Source: a virus
Taxonomy: Duplodnaviria; Heunggongvirae; Uroviricota; Caudoviricetes
IMG/VR virus record: IMGVR_UViG_2681813421_000003
DNA: 12,717 bases
Direction: 5' to 3' (one strand)
Below, in pieces: positions 6,241-12,717 of this stretch. Below the pieces are notes generated by a model. It did not search any database and was not told where the DNA came from. It was given only the letters and a program-made list of their open reading frames with translations. Numbering within the stretch: position 1 is the stretch's first letter; the number at the start of each line of letters is the position of its first letter. The translations under genes were made by a program, and so were the position numbers.

Positions 6241-6630
6241 ATGATGTTTCTGAAACAGGACACGTTTAATTATGAAAAACAGTCCGTGGTGCTCAGTGAG
6301 CTGTCCGGGCTGCAGAGAATTGAATATCTGACGTTTGTTCAGCAGCGAACGGCAAAGTTTGATGCCGGGGAGGGAGAGCTGCCGGGGGCTGAACGACAGA
6401 TTGCTTTTCTGCGGATGGGGATGGATATCAATGCCTGGCTGGTTTCCCGCTCACTGTGGAATGCGGAACAGTCTCAGGATGTTGAGACGCTTTACGCATC
6501 CGTTATTACAACATGGTCGTATGATGCCCTGGGGGCGGGGGCAGAGATGGTTCTGTCGCTGAGCGGTATGGGAGCCATTGAGAATGCCGGGGATTTGGAG
6601 CATGAGGTGCTGACGCCGGAAAAGTCCTGA
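6241..6630 (+). CDS. G: tail assembly chaperone G
   Basis: MMFLKQDTFNYEKQSVVLSELSGLQRIEYL… aligns with lambda gpG (MFLKTESFEHNGVTVTLSELSALQRIEHL…). The tracked ORF was trimmed to the ATG at 6241; 6244 is an alternative start, with GGAG upstream. Confidence 0.85.
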   Translation: MMFLKQDTFNYEKQSVVLSELSGLQRIEYLTFVQQRTAKFDAGEGELPGAERQIAFLRMGMDINAWLVSRSLWNAEQSQDVETLYASVITTWSYDALGAGAEMVLSLSGMGAIENAGDLEHEVLTPEKS

Positions 6631-6968
6631 CGCGGGAAATGCAGTTTGTCATGCGGCTTGCCCGGGAGTTCCGGCGGGCAGACTGGCGGCGGATGCTGTC
6701 GGAAATGTCGGCCACTGAGCTTGGTGAGTGGGGCGATTATTTCCGGATGCAGAGCTTCAGTGATGTGTGGATGGATGCGCAGTTTGCCTCGCTGAAGGCA
6801 TTGATCGTGAGAATGGTGTCCGGCAGCAGTGATGCTGTGGTGGCTGATTTCAGCCTTTTACCGGAAGAGAACGGGATACCGGAGCGAACGGACGAAGAAC
6901 TGATGCATCTTGGGGAAGGTATTTCCGGAGGTGTGCGTTATGGACCAGATAGCCAACCTGGTCATTGA
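6618..6968 (+). CDS. T: tail assembly chaperone T segment, expressed as G-T fusion by -1 frameshift
   Basis: An ORF in the -1 frame relative to G overlaps the G 3' end with no stop between. A candidate slip site is G GAA AAG at 6618-6624, just before the G stop codon. The arrangement is the conserved lambda G/GT one. Confidence 0.6.
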   Translation, partial: GKVLTREMQFVMRLAREFRRADWRRMLSEMSATELGEWGDYFRMQSFSDVWMDAQFASLKALIVRMVSGSSDAVVADFSLLPEENGIPERTDEELMHLGEGISGGVRYGPDSQPGH

Positions 6969-9900
6969 TTTGGGGATTGATGCGGCAGAGTTTAAAAATG
7001 AAATTCCCCGTATCAAAAACCTTCTGAATGGTGCAGCCAGCGATGCAGAACGGTCTTCTGCCCGTATGCAGCGTTTTATGGAGCGTCAGACTCAGGCCGC
7101 CCGGCAGACAACGCAGGCGGCTTCTTCGGCTGCAACAGCCGCATCCGTCCATGCGCAGACGGTGGAGAAGAACGCACAGGCCCATGAACGCATGGCCCGT
7201 GAGGTGGAGCAAACCCGCCAGCGCATGGAGGCACTGAGCCAGAAAATGCGCGAGGAACAGGCGCAGGCCATGGCTCTGGCGGAGGCTCAGGATAAAGCGG
7301 CTGCTGCGTTTTATCGTCAGATTGACAGTGTGAAACAGGCCAGTGCGGGGCTGCAGGAATTACAGCGTATTCAGCAGCAGATCCGACAGGCCAGAAACAG
7401 CGGCGGGATTGGTCAGCAGGATTATCTGGCGCTGATTTCTGAGGTTACGGCGAAAACCCGTGTTCTTACACAGGCTGAGGAAGAGGCTACCCGACAGAAA
7501 GTGGCGTTTATCCGTCAGCTTAAAGAGCAGGCAACCCGCCAGAATCTTTCATCTTCTGAGTTGCTTCGCGCCAGGGCAGCCCAGCTGGGGGTAAGCGGTG
7601 CTGCAGAAGTGTATATCCGCAAAATGGAGCGGGCAGGAAAAGCCACGCATTCGCTGGGTCTGAAAAGTGCAGCAGCCCGCCAGGAGATAGGCGTTCTGAT
7701 AGGTGAACTGGCCCGCGGCAATTTAGGGGCGCTGAGGGGATCCGGGATAACGCTGGCTAACCGTGCCGGATGGATAGACACACTGATGTCACCGAAAGGC
7801 ATGATGCTTGGCGGGGTTATTGGCGGTATTGCCGCGGCCGTCTATGGTCTGGGTAAAGCCTGGTATGACGGTCAGAAGGAGGGGGAAGAATTTAACCGCC
7901 AGCTGTCGCTGACGGGGCATTATGCCGGAGTCACTGCCGGGCAGCTGTGGGTGCTCAGTCGTGCTATTTCCGGGAATGGTATCACGCAACATGCTGCAGC
8001 CGGTGCGCTGGCTCAGGTGGTGGGGAGTGGTGCATTTCGTGGAGGTGATATCGCCATGGTGGCGAAAGCTGCCGCGCAAATGGAACGTTCAGTGGGGCAG
8101 TCTGTCAGCGACACCATAAGTCAGTTTAAGCGACTGAAGGATGATCCGGTAAATGCAGCCAGGACGCTGGATAATGAACTGCATTTCCTGACTGCCACCC
8201 AGCTTGAACAAGTCCGTGTTCTCGGGGAACAGGGGCGTGCCAGTGATGCTGCCCGGATCGCCATGTCAGCGCTGGCAGAGGAAACCGGTAAACGCACATC
8301 TGATATTGATAATAATCTCAATGCGCTGGGCAGTACGCTGCAAACCTTATCTGACTGGTGGAAGCAGTTCTGGGATGCCGCCATGAATATCGGGCGTAAT
8401 GATTCCCTTGATGCGCAGATTGCGGCGCTGCAGGAAAAAATTCAGCGTGCGAAAAAATCGCCCTGGACAAATGCATCCACCACAGTGGAATACGACCAGC
8501 AGCGCCTTGATGAACTTCAGGAGAAAAAGCGCCAGAAAGATTTACAGGATGCAAAAGCGCAGGCTGAACGAAATTATCAGGAACAGCAGAAACGCCGGAA
8601 TGCTGAAAATGCTGCGCTGAACCGGATGAATGAAACGGAGGCGGCGCGACATCAACGTGAAATTGCGCGCATCAATGCCATGCAGTATGCCGACCAGGCG
8701 GTCAGGGACGCAGCGATACAGCGTGAAAATGAACGTTACAAAAAAGCCATTAAGAAAAAAACATCTGAAAACCGCAATGATGAAGCCACCCGGTTGCTGT
8801 TGCAGTACAGTCAGCAGCAGGCGCAGGTGGAGGGGCAGATTGCCGCCGCCAGACAGTCCGCGGGACTGACCACGGAAAAAATGACAGAGGCGCATAAGCA
8901 GCTTCTGGCCCTGCAGCAGCGTATCAGTGATCTGGCGGGTAAAAAGCTGACAGCAGATGAAAAAAGCGTGCTGGCGCATAAGGATGAGTTGATTCAGGCA
9001 CTGACGCTGCTGGATACAAAACAGCAGGAGCTGCAGAAGCAGACGGCGCTGAATGACCTGAAGAAAAAATCCATTCAGCTTGCCAGCCAGCTGGCGGAAG
9101 AGGAACGGGCTCTGCGTCAGCAACATGACCTGGATATCGCCACAACAGGGATGGGGGATAAACAGCGTCAGCGGTACCAGACACAGTTCAGTCTGCAACA
9201 GAAATATCAGCAGCAAATGGAGCAACTGGAGCGTGACAGTAAACAGAAAGGAACATACGGCTCAGATGAATACCGGGATGCTGAGCAGATGCTGACAGAC
9301 AGTCTTAACCGGCAACTGAACGAAAACAGACATTACTGGCAGGAGCAGGAACTGATGCAGGCAGACTGGAAAAACGGTGCCATGCGGGCGTTTCAGAATT
9401 TTACAGAGAGTGCGGATAACGCGGCAGGTACCGCTGAGCAGATGTTTACAGCGGCATTTAACAGCGCAGGTAATGCACTGGCGACGTTCTGCACCACCGG
9501 AAAACTGAACTTCAAATCTTTTACCGCCTCGCTCCTTTCTGATCTGGCAAAAATCATGTCGCAGATGGCCATGATGCAGGCGGTGAAGGGGATTGGTTCG
9601 GCGTTTGGCTGGGGGAGTGCAGCAGCTGCCAGTGTGACGCCAAATGCGGATGGCGGTGTTTATCAGTCTGCTGATTTGAGTCGCTACAGTGGCACGGTGG
9701 TTAACCGTCCGACGTTTTTTGCTTTTGCAAAAGGCGCGGGTGTGATGGGAGAAGCGGGGCCTGAAGCCATTCTGCCATTGCGTCGTGGTGCTGATGGCAA
9801 GCTGGGTGTTGTGGCGGATATTGGTGGTTCAGGTATGGTGATGTTTGCCCCGCAGTACAACATCGAGATCAATAACGATGGTACGAACGGGCAGATAGGT

Positions 9901-10005
9901 CCGGCTGCCCTGAAGGTGGTTTATGACCTCGGGAAAAAAGCAGCAGCGGACTTTATGCAACAGCAGGCCCGTGATGGTGGTCGGTTAAGTGGAGCATATC
10001 GGTAA
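6940..10005 (+). CDS. H: tail tape measure protein
   Basis: 1021 aa from the ATG at 6940 with GGAGG upstream. Long Q/A/R/E-rich coiled-coil body and a Gly-rich C-terminal region. It lies immediately after G-T and before M, as lambda H does. Confidence 0.9.
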   Translation: MDQIANLVIDLGIDAAEFKNEIPRIKNLLNGAASDAERSSARMQRFMERQTQAARQTTQAASSAATAASVHAQTVEKNAQAHERMAREVEQTRQRMEALSQKMREEQAQAMALAEAQDKAAAAFYRQIDSVKQASAGLQELQRIQQQIRQARNSGGIGQQDYLALISEVTAKTRVLTQAEEEATRQKVAFIRQLKEQATRQNLSSSELLRARAAQLGVSGAAEVYIRKMERAGKATHSLGLKSAAARQEIGVLIGELARGNLGALRGSGITLANRAGWIDTLMSPKGMMLGGVIGGIAAAVYGLGKAWYDGQKEGEEFNRQLSLTGHYAGVTAGQLWVLSRAISGNGITQHAAAGALAQVVGSGAFRGGDIAMVAKAAAQMERSVGQSVSDTISQFKRLKDDPVNAARTLDNELHFLTATQLEQVRVLGEQGRASDAARIAMSALAEETGKRTSDIDNNLNALGSTLQTLSDWWKQFWDAAMNIGRNDSLDAQIAALQEKIQRAKKSPWTNASTTVEYDQQRLDELQEKKRQKDLQDAKAQAERNYQEQQKRRNAENAALNRMNETEAARHQREIARINAMQYADQAVRDAAIQRENERYKKAIKKKTSENRNDEATRLLLQYSQQQAQVEGQIAAARQSAGLTTEKMTEAHKQLLALQQRISDLAGKKLTADEKSVLAHKDELIQALTLLDTKQQELQKQTALNDLKKKSIQLASQLAEEERALRQQHDLDIATTGMGDKQRQRYQTQFSLQQKYQQQMEQLERDSKQKGTYGSDEYRDAEQMLTDSLNRQLNENRHYWQEQELMQADWKNGAMRAFQNFTESADNAAGTAEQMFTAAFNSAGNALATFCTTGKLNFKSFTASLLSDLAKIMSQMAMMQAVKGIGSAFGWGSAAAASVTPNADGGVYQSADLSRYSGTVVNRPTFFAFAKGAGVMGEAGPEAILPLRRGADGKLGVVADIGGSGMVMFAPQYNIEINNDGTNGQIGPAALKVVYDLGKKAAADFMQQQARDGGRLSGAYR

Positions 10006-10334
10006 TGGAGACGTTTCACTGGAAAGTGCGCCCGGATATGAATGTGGTATCAGAGCCGAAAGTGGTGACAGTGAAGCTGGGCGATGGTTATGAACAGCGT
10101 CGTGCGGCGGGACTGAATAACCAGTTGTCGACTTACAGCGTGACGATACGTGTTCGTAAATGTGAACACCCATCTTTGAAAGCCTTTCTGGAACGGCACG
10201 GTGGCGTCCGCGCATTTCAGTGGACGCCACCTTATGACTGGAAGCCGATCACGGTGGTTTGTCGTAAATGGTCGGCAAGCGTGGGGGCGCTGTGGGTAAC
10301 CATAACGGCAGATTTTGAACAGGTCGTGGCATAG
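10005..10334 (+). CDS. M: minor tail protein M
   Basis: METFHWKVRPDMNVVSEPK…GDGYEQRRAAGLN…TYSVT…WTPPYDW…FEQVV matches lambda gpM along its length. Its start overlaps the H stop (TAATG). Confidence 0.9.
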   Translation: METFHWKVRPDMNVVSEPKVVTVKLGDGYEQRRAAGLNNQLSTYSVTIRVRKCEHPSLKAFLERHGGVRAFQWTPPYDWKPITVVCRKWSASVGALWVTITADFEQVVA

Positions 10335-10343
10335 GAGGCCCTG

Positions 10344-11042
10344 ATGCAGGATATTCCACAGGAAACACATCATGAGACGACACGCCTTACTCAGTCAGCC
10401 CAAGTGGTGCTCTGGGAAATCGATCTGACAGAGGTCGGTGGTGAACGTTATTTTTTCTGTAATGAGCAGAACGAAAAAGGTGAGCCGGTCACCTGGCAGG
10501 GGCGGCAGTATCAGGCATACCCCATTCAGGGGACGGGATTTGAACTGAACGGTAAGGGCAGTGCTGCCCGTCCGACACTGACGGTCTCTAACCTGCACGG
10601 CATGGTCACCGGGATGGCGGAAGACCTGCAGAGTCTGGTCGGCGGAACGGTGGTCAGGCGTAAGGTTTACGCCCGCTTTCTGGATGCGGTGAACTTCGTC
10701 AACGGAAACAGCGACGCCGATCCGGAGCAGGAGGTGATCAGCCGCTGGCGCATCGAGCAGTGTAGCGAACTGAGTGCGGTCAGTGCCTCCTTTGTGCTCT
10801 CCACACCGACGGAAACGGATGGTGCTGTTTTTCCGGGGCGCATCATGCTGGCCAACACCTGCACCTGGACCTATCGCGGCGATGAGTGCGGTTATCACGG
10901 TCCGGCTGTCGCTGATGAATATGACCAGCCGACGTCCGATATCACGAAGGATAAATGCAGCAAATGCCTGAGTGGTTGTAAGTTTCGCAATAACGTCGGC
11001 AACTTTGGCGGCTTCCTTTCCATTAACAAACTTTCGCAGTAA
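10344..11042 (+). CDS. L: minor tail protein L (Fe-S cluster tail tip protein)
   Basis: 232 aa with AGGAGG 5 nt upstream. It carries the conserved C-terminal cysteine cluster (CTWTYRGDECGYHG … CSKCLSGCKF). Confidence 0.9.
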   Translation: MQDIPQETHHETTRLTQSAQVVLWEIDLTEVGGERYFFCNEQNEKGEPVTWQGRQYQAYPIQGTGFELNGKGSAARPTLTVSNLHGMVTGMAEDLQSLVGGTVVRRKVYARFLDAVNFVNGNSDADPEQEVISRWRIEQCSELSAVSASFVLSTPTETDGAVFPGRIMLANTCTWTYRGDECGYHGPAVADEYDQPTSDITKDKCSKCLSGCKFRNNVGNFGGFLSINKLSQ

Positions 11043-11046
11043 TCCC

Positions 11047-11211
11047 ATGACACAGACAGAATCAGCGATTCTGGCGCACGCCCGGCGATGTGCGCCAGCG
11101 GAATCGTGCGGCTTCGTGGTGAGAACGCCGGAGGGGGAAAGATATTTTCCCTGCGTGAATATCTCCGGTGAGCCGGAGGCGTATTCCGGCGGTGGCATTC
11201 AGTGGCGCTAA
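11047..11211 (+). pseudogene. K: tail assembly protein K, truncated after ~46 residues
   Basis: [46 protein letters not shown] is a typical K N-terminus. It is then followed by unrelated residues (SGGGIQWR) and a stop, so the peptidase core is absent. Confidence 0.75.
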
Positions 11212-11245
11212 GCATGAGAGAGAGCATACTGATATTTACTCCTCA

Positions 11246-11473
11246 TGCCGTCTGATAGTGCGGAAAAACGGTGCTGAAATTTATAACCGTACCGCGCTGG
11301 ATAATACGCTGATTTACAGTGGCGTTATTGATATGCCTGCCGGTCACGGTCACATGACGCTGGAGTTTTCGGTATCAGCATGGCTGGTGAATAACTGGTA
11401 TCCCACAGCAAGTATCAGCGATTTGCTGGTTGTGGTGATGAAGAAAGCCACCGCAGGCATCAGTATCAGCTGA
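11246..11473 (+). pseudogene. J: host specificity protein J, C-terminal remnant only
   Basis: …[75 protein letters not shown] matches, from memory, the extreme C-terminal receptor-binding end of lambda-family J. There is no upstream J coding sequence. The junction coordinate is approximate. Confidence 0.6.
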
Positions 11474-11491
11474 ATTTTATAACCCATATAC

Positions 11492-11518
11492 GGGCGCCAG
11501 AAATGGCGCCTTTTTTAT
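11492..11518 (+). terminator. intrinsic terminator after the J remnant
   Basis: gggcgcc agaaat ggcgcc followed by TTTTTTATT. Confidence 0.6.
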
Positions 11519-11540
11519 TGCAGAAAAGCGAGAGGTAATT

Positions 11541-12140
11541 ATGCGTAAATTATGTGCTGTTATTCTGTCCGCAGCCATCTGTCTGTCCGTATCCGGTGCG
11601 CCTGCATGGGCGTCTGAACATCAGTCCACACTGAGCGCGGGGTATCTTCATGCCCGTACGAACGCTCCCGGCAGCGATAATCTGAACGGGATTAACGTGA
11701 AATACCGTTATGAGTTTACGGACACGCTGGGGCTGGTGACGTCATTCAGTTATGCCAATGCCAAAGATGAGCAAAAAACGCATTACAGCGATACCCGCTG
11801 GCATGAAGATTCCGTGCGTAACCGCTGGTTCAGCGTGATGGCGGGGCCGTCTGTACGCGTGAATGAATGGTTCAGCGCGTATGCGATGGCGGGTATGGCT
11901 TACAGCCGTGTGTCGACTTTCTCCGGGGATTATCTCCGCGTAACTGACAACAAGGGGAAAACGCACGACGTGCTGACCGGAAGTGATGACGGTCGCCACA
12001 GCAATACCTCTCTGGCGTGGGGAGCTGGCGTGCAGTTTAACCCGACCGAATCCGTGGCCGTTGATGTCGCTTATGAAGGCTCCGGCAGCGGTGACTGGCG
12101 TACCAACAGTTTCATCGTGGGTGTCGGCTATAAATTCTGA
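11541..12140 (+). CDS. lom: Lom/Ail-family outer membrane beta-barrel protein
   Basis: 199 aa with a signal peptide (…SVSGAPAWA/SE). It is colinear with lambda Lom, including GINVKYRYE, SVMAGP, YAMAG and the C-terminal VDVAYEGSGSGDWRT..FIVGVGYKF. Confidence 0.9.
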   Translation: MRKLCAVILSAAICLSVSGAPAWASEHQSTLSAGYLHARTNAPGSDNLNGINVKYRYEFTDTLGLVTSFSYANAKDEQKTHYSDTRWHEDSVRNRWFSVMAGPSVRVNEWFSAYAMAGMAYSRVSTFSGDYLRVTDNKGKTHDVLTGSDDGRHSNTSLAWGAGVQFNPTESVAVDVAYEGSGSGDWRTNSFIVGVGYKF

Positions 12141-12166
12141 TTAGCCAGGTAACACAGTGTTATGAC

Positions 12167-12193
12167 AGCCCGCCGGTTCAGGCGGGCTTTTTT
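12167..12193 (+). terminator. intrinsic terminator after lom
   Basis: gcccgcc ggttca ggcgggc followed by TTTTTT. Confidence 0.65.
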
Positions 12194-12195
12194 GT

Positions 12196-12205
12196 GGGGG
12201 GGGGG
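12196..12205. repeat. G10 homopolymer tract immediately upstream of the stf start codon
   Basis: Ten consecutive G (12196-12205), then aat, then the ATG at 12209. Confidence 0.9.
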
Positions 12206-12208
12206 AAT

Positions 12209-12717
12209 ATGGCAGTACTGATTTCAGGTGTACTGAAAGACGGTGCAGGTAAGCCGATACAAAACTGCACCATTCAGCTAAAGGCCAGGCGCAACAGCAC
12301 CACGGTGGTGGTGAACACAGTGGCCTCAGAAAATCCGGATGAAGCCGGGCGTTATACAATGGACGTCGAGTATGGTCAGTACAGCGTCAGTCTGTTGGTG
12401 GAGGGGTTCCCGCCGTCACACGCCGGGATTATCACCGTATATGAGGACTCAAAGCCTGGCACACTGAATGATTTCCTCGGTGCAATGACGGAGGATGATG
12501 CCCGTCCGGAGGCACTGCGCCGTTTTGAGCTGATGGTGGAAGAGGTGGCGCGTAACGCCTCCGCGGTGGCACAGAACACGGCAGCCGCGAAGAAGTCAGC
12601 CAGCGATGCCAGCACATCAGCCCGTGAGGCGGCAACCCGTGCGACTGATGCTGCAGGCTTAGCACGTGCCGCCAGCACGTCAGCCGGACAGGCCGCATCG
12701 TCGGCTCAGTCAGCGTC
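12209..12717 (+). CDS. stf: side tail fiber protein, N-terminal part (runs off the window)
   Basis: MAVLISGVLKDGAGKPIQNCTIQLKARRNSTTVVVNTV…DVEYGQYSV…FPPSHAGIITVYEDS… is near-colinear with the lambda Stf N-terminus, followed by the Ala/Ser-rich repeat region. There is no stop within the window. Confidence 0.85.
   Translation, partial: MAVLISGVLKDGAGKPIQNCTIQLKARRNSTTVVVNTVASENPDEAGRYTMDVEYGQYSVSLLVEGFPPSHAGIITVYEDSKPGTLNDFLGAMTEDDARPEALRRFELMVEEVARNASAVAQNTAAAKKSASDASTSAREAATRATDAAGLARAASTSAGQAASSAQSA

Noticed and set aside
8542-9225. 227-aa minus-strand ORF inside the tape measure gene
   Set aside because: It is antisense to a long, well-supported + strand gene. Its Leu/Gln/Cys-rich low-complexity translation is the mirror image of the coiled-coil coding repeats. 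It has no plausible start context.
10395-11198. 267-aa minus-strand ORF overlapping L and K
   Set aside because: It is antisense to gpL, whose identity is supported by end-to-end similarity and the cysteine cluster. The long open frame is an artefact of GC-rich coding sequence.
12376-12698. Minus-strand ORFs of 88 and 100 aa near the right end
   Set aside because: They are antisense to the Ala/Ser-rich repeat region of stf. Such low-complexity repeats are open on both strands.
1-12717. CRISPR arrays, tRNA or rRNA genes, insertion sequences, integrase and attachment sites
   Set aside because: No regularly spaced direct repeats, no cloverleaf-compatible segments, and no transposase- or integrase-like ORFs were seen. 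The prophage ends and integration site must lie outside this window.

Overview
This window looks like a decayed lambdoid (lambda/Rac-like) prophage segment from an Escherichia-like enterobacterium, read entirely on the + strand. All calls rest on reading the translated ORFs against remembered protein families; no database search was run. Left to right: the 3' end of an upstream gene; a replication module (an O/DnaT-like initiator with an iteron-type origin inside its coding sequence, then a DnaC-like helicase loader); a run of small nin-region-like genes including a DUF4406-like protein; an accessory island with a hok-family type I toxin locus followed by a Doc/Fic-family toxin with a small upstream partner; then, with no Q, lysis, packaging or head genes in between, a tail module beginning with an N-terminally truncated major tail protein V remnant, followed by G, the G-T frameshift extension, a 1021-aa tape measure H, M and L, a truncated K, and only the C-terminal tip of J; then lom and the 5' part of stf. 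The two internal deletion scars argue that the element cannot make particles. The most interesting part is the toxin island (about 4097-5398), where the Doc cassette is bracketed by two identical 20-nt terminator hairpins. Other points worth a look are two unannotated short hydrophobic ORFs, a perfect 14-bp inverted repeat, and a G10 tract immediately upstream of the stf start codon.
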